A stretch of 64,000 bases of DNA from Chiloscyllium plagiosum (GCF_004010195.1 NC_057751.1:3487907-3551906), one strand, 5' to 3'. Shown: positions 49,476-63,119, counted from the stretch's first letter. Program-made: numbers and translations. The notes: generated from the letters alone by a model not told the origin.

Positions 49476-51029
49476 TCAAAGAACACAAGAGCAGTTGCTC
49501 ATTGTGCTCACCACAGATGCCCAGACAACACCTTAATCTCCTCACTTCCTCAAGCTTTCTTTCTATGGGGCTTTCAATCCATTTGAGCTGCATTCCATTT
49601 CTGCTATTTATAACTCAAACAATGCTATTATTTTAAAACAAAAACAGGGCATTGTATAAATTCAATTCTATTTAAAATTAGGTAACAAACATTCATAGAT
49701 GCTTCATGATGTTCCCTTTAAAGTAACAAAGGTAGGCATTTCCAAGATGCATGAAAATGTGAACACAATGTCCCGGAGTGATTTACAATTAATGAAAGAC
49801 TGATATTGAAGCCACTACAATGCAGAAAACACAGCAGCCAATTTACACACAAGCTCCACAGACAGTAAGATACAATGGTTAAAAGTACACCACAGGTGGT
49901 GGCAGAGTAAAATTTAACTTTGTCTGTCCTTTGCTCTGCCTTATTTGGTGCAAATATGATGGATAGTTTTTTTTTCTTCAGCTTTGAATGTTGCAGAAGA
50001 TTTTTTTGTCAGGGGTGGGTGGTCGGGTTATGCCCAAGTCTTTTCGTCCCTCTAGTTTTCAATGCTAACACTTGCTCCACCACTATTCATCTTGTTCCAG
50101 AGAGTAGCTTACAACAACAACGTTCCCGAAGAACTGTGGCCACTCTCAGAATTGTGCTGCTGAAGAAAGGAAAAGGTTAATTGTAGCTGAAACAGCTTAC
50201 AGTGCTTTCATCTTGCCACTGTTGTGTGAGGGTGTCCTTGCAATGATGTCACAGAGTTACACATCATGAGGGAGAAATGGACAGTGTGGGCACTGCAAGT
50301 TAACGGCTGGGTGGATTTGGAATGGTAAAGGAAATAAAATCAGACAACACTGCAGGCACAAACCTAGTCTCGCACCCATCATTTACCTGGAAAATTAATT
50401 GTCAAGCTCTGTTTAAGCAGAGAGCTTGCTTTGTTGATAACTTAATTGGGGTCAAGTGGATATTACTGATCTAGTTTATTGCTGCAGTACATGCACCTAC
50501 AAAATAAAGACCTTTTAATGAGTCACCTTCCAATAAAGATGGAATGATAAATCAAAATGTCTACTCACTGAATTTTCATGTGCTCTGATCCATTTCCAAA
50601 CCAAATTGACCCTGATTAATTACCCTTCTTGTGCATGTGGTGGCATAGGAATCACCAGTTCAGTTTCCCTCAGATGATATTGCTTGGAGAAATCATTATG
50701 GTCGATAGAACCAAAAGGTCTTGTCATCTTTCCGACATATCGATCTGATGAAGACATGGAGGCGGCTTGGCTAGACACTCGTAATTGTAGGTATCACACA
50801 AGACATTTGTTTCCTTCACCCACAGGCTCAGAGTTGACTGACTGAGAAACTTCACTTTTTTTGGATCTCAGAAGTCTGTGCTTCCCCCTGGAGGTTACTG
50901 GGGAGATTTGGCAACAGCTGGATGAAAATATACTCCCCATAATGATGAACAGGCAGCTGAAGACTATTGCAGGTAACAATTTGATTAACCTCCGGTACCA
51001 TTTGAGGAAGACATTGAAATCTTCCAGAA

Positions 51030-51640
51030 CTACAGAATGAGGGGTTTAAGGAAATTAGCATTAGTTACAAGGTTGTACTGGTGAAATTAATGGAACTGAA
51101 AGCTGCTGAATTCCCAGGTCCTGCATGTCTAATTCCAGCGTGTTCAAGTACAGTGAGAGTTGCTGCATAAGTGATTATCTTTCAAAAATTCTATGGATTC
51201 TATCATTATTCCTGCAGTTCAAAGGTGGCAAATATCCCCCTATTACTTAAAATGAGAGCAAGAGAGAAAACAGAGAACTATAGACCTGCTAGACATACAT
51301 TTATCTCAGGAAAGATATCATTGTCATAGAGGGAGTGAATGAAGATTCCTGAGATGGTAGACGGTCTCATGAAAAGAGATAGAACAAACTGGCCTTATAT
51401 TCTCCACCGTTTGAAAGAAGCGATTGCGCTGAAACATACAATATTCTGAAATCGTTAGGCAGGGGAGATGCAGGTAAGATGTTTCCCCTGGTTGGGGAGT
51501 TGTGAATCAGTTCAAAAAATATGGGGAATGCTGCTTAGGTCTGAAAGGAAGGCTTTGAATGCTTTGATGAGCCATGATCATATTGAATGGTGGGCCAGAC
51601 TCCATGAACAGGTCTACTCCTGTTCCTATATTCCTCACAA
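51030..51640 (+). mobile_element. Heavily deleted old CR1
   Basis: GAGAACTATAGACCTGCTAG (NYRP remnant) and tail CAGCCATGATCATATTGAATGG-like sequence. Confidence 0.65.
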
Positions 51641-51902
51641 CTCCTTCAGCCCAGTGATAATGTCACTTGCCCTTTTTTGATTATACTCTTTCATGGTAAG
51701 AGTATGATGTCACTTGCCCTTTTCATTATACTCTGTCATTGGCTTGCTCAACCAGCATTAACAGTCCACCCCTAATTGCTGGAGAAAAGGTGGTGGTGAT
51801 CTGTCTTCTTCTTGAACTGCTGCTGTCCCTGTCGTGTCGGTGCATCTACAATACTGTTTGGAAGGAAGTTTTGGGTTTTTGACCTCGCAACACGAACTAA
51901 AT

Positions 51903-54077
51903 ACTACTACAGTTGTTATGGGGGATTTCAACATGCAGGTAGACTGGGAGAATCAGGATGGTATTGGACCTCAAGAAAGAGACTTTGTGGAGTGCCTCCG
52001 AGATGGATTCTTAGAACAGCTGGTGCTGGAGCCTACCAGGGATCTGGTATTGTGCAACGAACCAGAATTGATCAGGGACCTCGAAGTGAACGAGCCATTG
52101 GGAAGTGGTGACCATAATACAATAAGCTTCAATCTGCAATTTGAGAGGGAGAGGGTACAATCGTAAGTGACAATATTTCAGTTGAATAAAGGGAACTATG
52201 GAGCTATGAGGGAGGAGCTGGCCAATGTTCAATGGTGCAATACCTTAGCAGGGATGACAGTGGAGGAACAATGGCCGATATTTCTGTGTATAATGCAGAA
52301 GATGCAGGATCAGTTCATTCCAAAAAGGAATAAAGATCCTAGGAGGAGGCATGGGTGGCCGTGGCTGACGAGGGAAGTTAAGGAACATATAAAGTTAAAA
52401 GAGAAAAAGTATAACATAGCAAAGATAAGTGGGAAAACGGAGGACTGGGAAGCTTTTAAAGAACAACAGAGGATTACTAGGAAGGAAATACGCAGAGAAA
52501 AAATGAGGTACGAAGGTAAATGGGCCAAAAATATAAAGGAGGACAGTAAAAGCTTTTTTAGGTATGTGAAAGACAAAAAAAATGGTTAAGACTAAAATTG
52601 GGCCCTTGGAGACAGAAACAGGGGAATATATTACAGGGAACAAAGAAATGGCAGAAGAATTGAATTGGTACTTCAGATCTGTGTTCACTTTAAGCAATCT
52701 CCCTGAGGTAACAGTGGCTGAAGGACCTGAAGTGAAGGGAATTTATATTTGCCAGGAATTGGTGTTGGAGAGACTGTTAGGTCTGAAGATTGATAAGTCC
52801 TCAGGACCTGATGGTCTACATCCCAGGGTACTGAAGGAGGTGGCTCGAGAAATCGCAGATGCGTTGGTGATTATTTTCCAGAGTTTGATAGATTCTGGAT
52901 CAGTTCCTGTGGATTGGAGGGTGGCTAATGATGTACCACTTTTTAAGAAAGGTGGGAGAGAGAAAGCAGGAAATTATAGACCAGTTAGTCTGATCTCTGT
53001 GGTAGGAAAGATGCTGGAGTCTATTATAAAGGATGAAATTACGACACATCTGGACAGTAGTAACAGGATAGGTCAGAGTCAGCATGGATTTATGAAGGGG
53101 AAATCATGCTTGACTAATCTTCTGGAATTTTTTGAGGATGTAACTCTGAAGATGGACAAGGGAGATCCAGTAGATGTAGTGTACCTGGACTTTCAGAAAG
53201 CTTTTGATAAAGTCCCACATAGGNNNNNNNNNNNNNNNNNNNNNNNNNNNNNNNNNNNNNNNNNNNNNNNNNNNNNNNNNNNNNNNNNNNNNNNNNNNNN
53301 NNNNNNNNNNNNNNNNNNNNNNNNNNNNNNNNNNNNNNNNNNNNNNNNNNNNNNNNNNNNNNNNNNNNNNNNNNNNNNNNNNNNNNNNNNNNNNNNNNNN
53401 NNNNNNNNNNNNNNNNNNNNNNNNNNNNNNNNNNNNNNNNNNNNNNNNNNNNNNNNNNNNNNNNNNNNNNNNNNNNNNNNNNNNNNNNNNNNNNNNNNNN
53501 NNNNNNNNNNNNNNNNNNCCGCACCTGGAGTACTGTGTGCAGTTCTGGTCTCCAAATTTGAGGAAAGGCATTCTGGCTATTGAGGGAGTGCAGCGTAGGT
53601 TCACGAGGTCATTTCCTGGAATGGCGGGACTACCTTAAGCTGAAAGACTGGAGCGACTGGGCTTGTATACCCTTGAGTTTAGAAGACTGAGAGGGGATCT
53701 GATTGAGACGTATAAGATTATTAAAGGATTGGACATGCTGGAGACAGGAAACATGTTTCTGTTGATGGGTGAGTGCCGAACCAGAGGACACAGCTTAAAA
53801 ATATGGGTAGACAATTTAGGACAGAGATGAGGAGAAATTTCTTCACCCAGAGAGTGGTGGCTGTGTGGAATGCTCTGCCCCAGAGGGCAGTGGAGGCCCA
53901 GCTTCTGGATTCATTTAAGAAAGAATTGGATAGAGCTCTCAAGGATAGTGGAATAAAGGGTTATGGAGATAAGGCAGGAACAGGATACTGATTAAGGATG
54001 ATCAGCCATGATCATATTGAATGGTGGTGCAGGCTCAAAGGGCAGAATGGCCTATTCCTCCACCTATTGTCTATTGT
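51903..54077 (+). mobile_element. CR1 LINE (end of endonuclease, RT, 3' UTR) spanning gap 53224-53518
   Basis: VVMGDFN, GSGDHNTI, GPDGLHPRVLKE, GNYRPVSLISVVGK, VYLDFQKAFDKVPH, PHLEYCVQFWSP; (CTATTGT)n tail; possible TSD CTAAAT at 51897-51902 and 54078-54083. Confidence 0.95.
53224..53518. other. Assembly gap (N run)
   Basis: Run of N. Confidence 1.
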
Positions 54078-54083
54078 CTAAAT

Positions 54084-54690
54084 GGCAATACATTTCCAGG
54101 TCAGGATGGTGAGGGGATTAGATGGTGAGTGCTCTCACACAGCTGCTGCTCATGCCCTTCAAGTTGGTGACGGTTGTAGATTTGTAAGGTGTTGCCAAAA
54201 AAGCCAGCACTGCATCTTAGGGATGGTATATATTCTGCCAGTGAAAGACAGAGTGAACAATGGCATGCTGATCAAGCAGACTGCTGATGGCCTGGATGGT
54301 GTCCACCTTCTTGAGTGTTGTTGGAACTGTGCTCATCCAGGCAAGTGGGGAGCGTACATCTTCCTGAGATGGTAGACAGGCTTTGGGGAATTAGGACATG
54401 AGATTCTCCCTGTAGGATTCTCAACTTCTGACCTGTTCTTGGAGCCACAGTATTGAGACGGCTGGTCCAATTCAGTTTCTGGTCAATGAAGCTCCCCAGA
54501 ATAGTGAGGGATTTACTGATAGTCTAACCATTGAAAGCCAAAGGACAATGGCCGGATTCTCCTTTGTTGGAGATGGCCATTGCCTGACCTTTGTGTGGCA
54601 CAATATTGCTGCATATGAGCACAAGCTGCTTGAGTTCTGAGGAGTCATGAATTGTGCTCCATATTGTGCAATCATCAGTGGACATTTCTA
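54084..54690 (-). mobile_element. Second-family LINE fragment; its 3' part lies at about 51740-51896, split by the CR1
   Basis: ATTTCCAGGTCAGGATGGTGAG...CATCCAGGCAAGTGGGGAG is the reverse of 60530-60900. Confidence 0.75.
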
Positions 54691-54904
54691 CTAGCAGCAG
54701 TTATAGAGGGCAGATGACCACCACCTTCTCAAGGGCAATTAGGGATGTGTGAGAAATACTGGCCTAGCCAGTAACATCCACATCCCATGAACAAATCGTT
54801 TTGAAAAACTGCAAAATGGAACATAAGATTTGAAATGCAGACTGGTTGTGACCTTATTGAAGGACTAAACAGCCTACTTATACTCCTGATTCAGATGTTT
54901 ATAT

Positions 54905-55807
54905 TGTCATGACTCGCTGGGCTTGCTTACTGGATATTAAGCGCTGCTATTCCCAGAGTTGTCGCAAAAGTGAAAGATTTTATCAAAATGCACAAACGAT
55001 CCCCGATTTAATTGTTTGTTTAGACGCAGGTGAAGAGAATATGTGGATGAAGTTTCTGTTTTTACCAAGAATAACCTTTTAGAACAAATAAATAGATTCT
55101 AGCCATAGCGCAACAAGAATGAACCATGGAAAACATAACAGTACTCGTGGAAATTCTCTTTCACTTATGAATTCCCCTTGCACATACATTGACAGATAAA
55201 GAAAAAATGGATGTTATGGATGGTAGGAAGAAATCTGGGAAGAAAGTTCAATGGTCCCAGTCCACATCATTCTTCGAGATGATCTTTCTGCTTGCCAGGA
55301 TTTACTAATCTCTGATGCCTTTTCCGTGTACTTTTCATCTCCTTGCAGGAGGAATAGAGTGACTCATTCAAAACATATAAATCTCTGGTTTATTGTCAAA
55401 ACCTACCATTTAGGCTTCAGGTATTTTCTGTGACAGAGAGATATGCCATTTTCCCTTTCATCCACACCTCAAAACCAGCCACATATATGTTGACAGGCAG
55501 ATGGCCATTATCATCTACAACTGGTCACTACTCCACAAACGAATCAACAACCTGTTGCTGGCTGAATGTTACCTTACACACATCTTCTGGTGCCAGTCTG
55601 TCAGCAGCCAGTCTCTCCAACTGGAAAAAAACAGCTGTGTAAACACAACTTACAATGAGTTTCAGTACTTACTTTTAAAAAGTGTAAGAATCCCTTCTAC
55701 AACTGTTGTTTTTTAAACAAACTGCTTTTCCAAATTCAGTCCACAATCAAAAATACAGAAATATGGAAAAGGAAGCAAATGTACTGCAGACAGATTTGCG
55801 CATGACA
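54905..55807. mobile_element. Probable solo LTR, about 900 bp
   Basis: 7-bp terminal inverted repeats TGTCATG...CATGACA; flanks ATAT and GTAT (4-bp TSD, one mismatch). Confidence 0.7.
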
Positions 55808-55819
55808 GTATAACAGGGG

Positions 55820-57165
55820 TAAATCAGGTTGTGAAGGAATACAGTCGACAGAAAAATATTGATTGGGTACGTAAGTGTGCAAGAAGTTGGCAAATGGAGT
55901 GTAATGTGGGAAAATGTGAATTGTTAATTTTAGAAGGGAGAACAGAGAAACAAAATATTATTTAAAAGGAAAAAAGTGCAAAAACCTGCAACTCAAAAAG
56001 ACTGGGGGCTTGTGTCTGAAACACAGAAAGCTGGCACAGAACTGCAGCAGGTAATCAGGAAGGGTAATGAAATGTTGGCTTTTATTTCAAGAGCTTAGCA
56101 GTATAAGAGCAGGAAAACATTAATGCAGCTATACAAGGTGCTGCTGAGACCACATCTGGAGTACCGTGAGCAGTTTTGGTCCCTCTATTTACAGAAAGAT
56201 AAATTTGATTGGAGGCAATTCAGAGAAGATTCACGAGGATTGTCCCTTGTATTGTTGCATGAAAAGAAACATAAACTTGAGTTAAGGTGTGTCAAAGTAC
56301 CATTTATTGTACAAAAGCTTTTGGGAGCACAGTGCGTTGACCCTGAACAGCAAGTCTGGCAGCACTGTCTCTCTCCAAATAAAGTAGTACCATTGCTTTT
56401 TATTCCCTTGGTGACGTGCCAGCACAATCACAGAGGAAGCCCACCCCGTTTACATGTCCGGTGCCATTTTGGCACCTTGCGCCCCAGAAGTCCGCTTGGT
56501 CCACAGGATGGTCCTAGCCCACTGACCGCCTTGAAGTGGTTCTTTGTGCTGCTGGTCTACCTGTTTTGAAATGCTTCCATGGTACAGCAGGCTTCCCCGC
56601 TGCTCTGTCAATGAGGGAGCATGCATCATGCCTGCGTTCTTTAACCCTTTAACTGCTTCTACCCTTTAGCTAGTGTTAACTAATTCTACACTTTAACTAC
56701 TTTTAACTTCAGGCCTTCAGTCTGAAGGGATTGTCTAATGAGCAAAGGTTAAATAGGTTGGGACTTGCCTCACTGGGGCTTAGAAGAATGAGAGGTGATC
56801 TCACTGAAATATACAGGAATCTTAAAAGGGTTGACAGGGTAAATGCTGAGAGGATGTTTCCATGCTGGGAGAGCCAAAGATCAGACAGCATGGTTGCTAA
56901 ATAGAGGTGTGCCAATTTCAGACTGAGATGAGGTGGCACCTCTTCTCTCAGAGGGCTGAGAGTCCTTGGAACTCCTTACCACAGGGAGGTGTGGGGGCAG
57001 AGTCTTGTGTCTATTCTTGATCAATAGGAGAATCAAGGGTTATGACCTAAGTGCAGGAAAGTGGACGTGAGCAATGTCGGGTCAGTCATGATCCTATCGA
57101 ATGGCAGAACAGACTTGAGGGATCAAATGGCCTCCTCCTGTTCCTATTTCTTACGGTTATATATG
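55820..57165 (+). mobile_element. Old CR1 3' fragment interrupted by an unrelated insert at about 56249-56713
   Basis: MQLYKVLLRPHLEYREQFWS; CR1 resumes GAAGGGATTGTCTAATGAG...AGAAGAATGAGAGGTGATC. Confidence 0.8.
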
Positions 57166-58714
57166 TCTTTACAATGTACTCTCTTTCCCCATCGCCTGGA
57201 ATCTGATCTCTCAGCTCCTTGACTTTACAATTACCTTGTGTTTAAATGGTTTCATACCATGGTGCTTGCCTGTTTTTGTTCAAGTTTCAGTACTATTTAG
57301 CATTAACAAGGAGTGCCAGCACCTTAGATACTTCCACTTACCAAGACTATTAAAATTGATTTTGGTATGCTTGTGAGGATTGACTCATATTGTGGGCTAG
57401 GGTGGACACCAGACTGGGTTATAACATCTGCTAACCAGGGCGAGGAAATTAAATTGCATCAGACTCAATTAAGACTCTGATGAGTCCCAGAGTCACATGG
57501 ATCAGAACAAGATGGAACATAGTTCTTTTTAATCCAATTAATATTTTTCCCTTTATATAAAATCAAATTTGGGCAGTTGTGCGACCCTTAGCAGTTTGCA
57601 CTAGACATTCTTCCACAAGTGGGAGAAACTCATGAGTCACCAATGATACAAACACAGAACAGCTTTCTGGACAATACGCAAATAAATTAGGAACACACCA
57701 ACCCTGGACTGATATTCTGCCTTTGATTTTAGCTGATCGATGGCATTCTATGGTGACTGAAAAGATTTGATTTCACGAGAGTGAATCGTCATTTCTGCAG
57801 TAGATGAAATAGTTTCAGGCTGGCCTTTTATGCATTCGAAGAGGGGTTTATGAATTGGACGTTTGTCTAAGATTTGGCAGATTTCCAATCATATTGGACA
57901 GTTTCAAGTTCTCATAGGGGTGTTGCCAATCTGACTCCAATCCTTTTGACTGTTTATAATTTTAAAAAGGCCCTGTGAGGTTAAGAATTGTTCCAAATTC
58001 AAAACAAACTCCTCTGGTGTTGCTGAAAATGTTTTATTGCTTCTTCAGAGTAAAGTTTAATATGTTCATTCACATGATCGGGGGATTGATGTATCAGCAC
58101 TGGGGCAGCCTTGACTTTGACACTAATGGAAGAGGGGGATCAAGAAACTAGCAGTGCTCTGAGGAGGTTTCAGGGTCTTAGATCAAATTTGGGGGTGAGA
58201 TAGTTCAGAAAACACAAGGTGAGGGATTCTATTTCGATTCAATATTTGATGCAGGCGATTCAGGATCATAGAGAAAAGAGATTCCAGATTCTGGGAGAAT
58301 GGAGGGCTGCTCTTAGACTGGGAAACAAAATGGGAATGCAGTTCCTGGTCTGTTGAACATTGAGAGTACAGTACAATTTGGAAATGCTTCTGGTGCAGAA
58401 ATCCCAGAACTGGAGTCCAAGGACCCGGATGGAGAAGTGCCTTCTCAATTGGGGCTCAGTTGGATGCAGCAACCTTTTGGTGGTGTGTGATGGGTGGGGA
58501 GGCCAGGAGTAAGCAGGAAAAAGGGACCTGAGCATCACTTGGCTCTTCTTAATGCATTCAGAGCCTGGTCTCCACTCTAATTCAGTCTGGCAGTCTCTGA
58601 GGCTCATCGGCAACTCACTCAAACAAAGCACCTTCATCATTCACCGTAATCCCTGCCATCAACCGGATATAGAATTTATGTTCAGGTTTCCAGCAACCTT
58701 TTGTGCTCTGTCTG

Positions 58715-59210
58715 AGTTTGCCAGCTGATGCAGTTCTGGATGTAGGTTTGCCCTACAATGAGCTGGAAGGTTCATTTTCAGATGTTTTGTCACCGTACTA
58801 GGTAGCATCTTCAGTGAGCCTCCAGACAAAGAACTGCTAATGTTTCCTGCTTTCTATTTTTACGTTTGGGCTACTTTGGGTTGATGATGTCATTTCCTGT
58901 GGTGACGTCATTCCTATGGTGATGTCATTTCCTGTTATTTTTCTCAGGGGGTGGTAAATGGGGTCCAAGTCAATATGTTTGTTGATAGAGTTCCGGTTGG
59001 AACGTCATGCTTCTAGGAATTCTCGAGCATGTCTCTGTTTGGCTCGTCCTTGGATGGATGGTTTGTCCCAGTCGAAGTGGTGTCCTTCCTTATCTGTATG
59101 TAAGGATACGAGTGAGAGAGGGTCATGTCGTTTTGTGGCTAGTTGGTGTTCATTTATTCTGGTGGCTAGTTATCTGCATGTTTGTCCAATGTAGTGTTTG
59201 TTACAGTTGA
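58715..59210 (-). mobile_element. Penelope/Poseidon-type PLE 3' part (GIY-YIG endonuclease and terminus)
   Basis: Minus translation CNKHYIGQTCR*LATRINEHQLATKRHDPLSLVSLH...GHHFDWD...REFLEA; decayed hammerhead CTGAAGATGCTACCTAGTACGGTGACAAAAC near 58780-58818. Confidence 0.9.
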
Positions 59211-59699
59211 TACAATCTTTAATGAGAATTAATTTCCATGAATAAGCAAAAGGAACCCAGAAAGGAGGGCATGGAACATTCAAGATGTGTGAGAGAGTGA
59301 AAGTAGACATATGTTGGTGGTGCTGGTGACCACATAGAATGTGCAGGAGAGCCCTGGTCGAAAATCACGTTATAAATGAGTGATTTCTCACCCAACCAAG
59401 GTCATCAATTGTGCACTCTCCCTAATTTAGTTTGAAAACAAAACTGAATTTTCCAGAAGAGTGCCAGATTGGAAAAGTTGTTTGACCTACATTTTCATCT
59501 CTTCAGGTTTTTGGTAACTGTTCTCTGCCAATGAGATAGAAAGCCCAGCGGCTACACTATCAGGCTGGGGCATGAACCTTTTCCTTCACTATCAGTGGGC
59601 TTACAGAGGAAATTGTATTGAGGCAGAAATTTTAACCTGTAAGATCCTTCGCCACAAGAAACCAACGACGCAGACGGCCTTTAAAGAAAATATCAGCCT

Positions 59700-60320
59700 T
59701 TGTTCGCTCACACCATGAATGGGTTGCAGTCAGAATGCCACATATTTCACCCCAGGACTTGCAGTGAGTATCCATGCTGACTCTTCGGTTATGGCAATGC
59801 AATATGAGGCCAAATGGTGAACAGACCCAGTGGACGCACAAAGTCCCATGGCACATTTTGGAGAAGAACGTGGAATGTTTCATTTCTTTCCCCCGACCAA
59901 CAGTTACATCCCAGGCAATCAGCCCAAAGCAAATATAATTGGCCATTTGTTTCCTTGCTCTCTCATTGTGAAAGCTGACTGCAGTGTTGAGTGAAATTGC
60001 ATTTCAGGGGTCACTCACTGATTGGAAGGTGCTTTCCAAATTTTTTTTCCCTCTGTGCAACCCCACTGTGAAATTTTAAACTTGTCACAACTCCACTGTG
60101 AAATCTCTGAGGGTGTGGCTGGGGGAGAGAGAAAGAACCCATGAGAGCAGTGAGGGCTGAGGGGGTGACACTGAGCAGCAGAGCTCCGAGACATTCATTG
60201 TTGCCTCCAGCGCTCACACCTCAAAGACTAAGCAGGCCCATTGGGGTTCCGACCCCCAACTGCTGTAAACCCACTTGGCAATCCTGAGGGCATGAAAATC
60301 ACAATGTAAATGCAAGTTAT
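59700..60320 (+). mobile_element. DeuSINE-like element, interrupted at about 60040-60270
   Basis: AAAGTCCCATGGCACATTTTGGAGAAGA (Deu-domain-like) and tail TCCTGAGGGCATGAAAATCACAATGTAAATGCAAGT. Confidence 0.6.
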
Positions 60321-60439
60321 TTAGTTATTCAAGCAGAGGAAAACACAGGGCCAAGAGACAAGAACAGAGCACGAGGATTACATTTGGACTTGGCCAATAC
60401 ATGCTATAAGATGAATCGCTCCCTGCTGTGCACCAAAGT

Positions 60440-61070
60440 CGTGCAGCTTCACCATGTGGCTTGGAATGAGTAACTCATCTCCTGACTCCCCAAAGTCTGT
60501 CCACCATCTACGAGGTACAAATCAGGAGTGTGCTGGAATACTTTCCCTTGCCTGGATGGGTACAGCTCCAACAACACTTGAGAAGCTTGAAACCATCCAG
60601 CATAAAGTTTGATTGGCAACACATCCACAAACATCCACTCTCACCACTATTGACACACAGTGTGTACTATTGACAAGATGCACAGCAGAAATTCACCAAA
60701 GATCCTTTGACAGTACCTTCCAAACCTACAATCACTTCCATCTAGTACAAGGTAGCAGATACGTGGGAACACCATTCATGCAAGATCCTCTTCAAGCCAC
60801 TCACCAAACAAAAAAAAAAAGAACTGTAGACGCTGGACATCAGAAATACACATCCTGACATGTTAACATTCTGCTGTCCCTTCAGTGTTGTTGCGTTGAA
60901 ATCCTGGAACTCTCTCCCGAGTGGGTTTGTGGGTCATCCTGCATCACATGGACTGCAGTGGTTAAAGAAGGCATCTCACCACCACTTTCTCAAGGGGAAA
61001 CGAGAGACAGGCAATCTATGCCGGGCCCACCCAGTGACACCTGTGTCCAACAAATGAATAAAAAGGAATG
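60440..61070 (+). mobile_element. Second-family LINE 3' region
   Basis: TCTGTCCACCATCTACGAGGTACAAATCAGGAGTGTGCTGGAATAC (STIY..QIRSVLEY) and tail GAAGGCATCTCACCACCACTTTCTCAAGGG. Confidence 0.85.
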
Positions 61071-62393
61071 AGTACATCATTACTCAGCAGTGAGTGTGGC
61101 ATCCCAGGATAAATTTGATCCCAGCTCTTTATGAATAACATAATGACAACATGCTAGGTAATACAAGTATGAGCTTACTGAAGAATGTTCCAATTTGCGC
61201 TTCCTGAACTGAGTTTGGAATTTATATTTTTCTTCTCCCCTGGCTGCTGAGAGTTCAGAATCAAAGGGTGTTCAATTATGACTCCTGGTATGGATGATTG
61301 TGTGGTCTTTCTCAATCAGCTGATCCTTTCCTACTCAATCCTACTCGGATTTTAAAGTGCATTCTTCATCCAACTCATGTCCGGTTTCACTGCAACTTCA
61401 AAAGTAACATTTGCAATTAGACAAGCATTAGATGTTTAACCAAATCCAGACGTGCCTTTGAGTTTTCAGAGTAAGGTTATTGACTCTTTTATCTGGTCAG
61501 AATTTGTTGCCCCGGCAGCGGTTCAATTCTTCACACGCATTAAAATACACTATGATTCTAGTTATTTTAATCACCATTCTCAGATGGTATGACACACCTC
61601 TCAAGCATGTGGGACTTGATGCCCAGATGTCTTGGTCTCAGAGGTAGATTTGCTCTCACTGCACCACAAGAACCCTTTCTGGATTGAGACAATCCAAATT
61701 AATTCATTCCCTGTGACGACTGATACCACTAATATCAATGAGCTGGAGGCAAGAGGGACACATACAGGACACTGCAAATAGAGCTTATTTAACCAGCAAA
61801 GAGTTTCTTTGAACAGAGTCTGCACGAAGCATAGTAGACACAAGCCCATGTCAAAATGATGGCAAGATTTCCCAATGAAGCCAAGAATATTTTTCAACAC
61901 AATGCAGTGTGTGCAGGTTAGTTACAGAATATCAATGATGTGTTTAAGATCAATCCCAGTGTAGACTCCAGGCATGATTGATGGGACATTTATCAAATTA
62001 TCCAACCATTTGGGCCAGCACTGTGGGTTGGCTGACAGCCCCAGCTTTGAGGTATAGCAGCTGCCACAAACCACTCCCTCGAGAAGGTCCCCATTTCACA
62101 GCGATGATCAGCTGCAAAGGCCACCTTTTCATGGTTGGAGAGATGGTGAGTCTGATTTTAAATGTCCTTTTGCTCACTCACCTGTCACGGCATCCTGGTG
62201 CTGCTTTCAGGTGGTACTGGAGTGGAGTTACTGGGCGAGATCTCCAGTTTTGAAACACTAATCAATTAACTTCTTTGTCTTACGTTTGTTAAACGGCTGC
62301 CCTGAGGAAAATCACATTGAGACAGTGTTTTTCACAGAGGGTGGAGTATTTAATTCCATTACCCAGGAGACGGCTGGGAGTTAGGGAAACTGG

Positions 62394-62450
62394 AAGAGCA
62401 CAGCTAATCCAGAATCTGGTTTCCAGCATCTGCAGTCATTGTTTTTACCC
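62394..62450 (+). mobile_element. 57-bp PLE terminal insertion with 15-bp TSD
   Basis: AGTTAGGGAAACTGG at 62379-62393 and 62451-62465 flanks TCTGGTTTCCAGCATCTGCAGTC. Confidence 0.85.
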
Positions 62451-63119
62451 AGTTAGGGAAACTGGCTTAAGCAGGGAAGGCTGACGTTGGCCTTCCTATG
62501 CAGAGATCATTTAATGGTCAAGAGGGATCTCATCCCACTGCTGTTGGCTTTGCATTAGTGACAGGAGCATCTGGAGGTCATCAGTAAAAGCTGGTGACCA
62601 CCCTGTGGTTTCAGGGAAAGGGAGTGTCATCTGACCAGACCCCCATCCCTCAAAAACACTCCCCAGAACCAACTCTCTCTTGTTGGGGGCTGTCTAACTG
62701 GTCTCAGAAAGCAGCCTCCATCCCCATAGTTGGCCAGCAGCTTTTGGAGGTCAGACCTCAGCCCTGAAAGACATATAAGCCCTTTCATCAGGCAGTTGTT
62801 GTCAGTGGTAGAAACGCTGGTCCCTTGAAGGATCAACCAGAACAGCTCCAGACTGGATTGAGAGCAGGTAATCTCCCTCCCGTGATGTTTTCATTTGGAT
62901 TTCCCCCTTTTTGTTTTTAGTTCGTTCCACTTCTCTTAGTCAGTGTTTTTTTTCTTTTCCTTAATTTATTGAACAAAGAATAAAAGCTGAGTTCTTCCCC
63001 GCCTGAGGTGTTGGCTTTTGCACAGAGAAAGGGCTCATAAGGGAAAGGTGGAAACTGATGCTTGTGCTCAACCACAGATCCATGATGAAACATTCGTAAA
63101 TCTCTGAAAGTCTTCGGCA

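Noticed and set aside
51661-51735. 47-bp-period duplication; also a 19-bp-period repeat at 37816-37850
   Set aside because: Two-copy local duplications, not CRISPR or another array
57473-57494. GACTCTGATGAGTCCCAGAGTC hairpin containing CTGATGA
   Set aside because: No closing stem II strand or GAAA box
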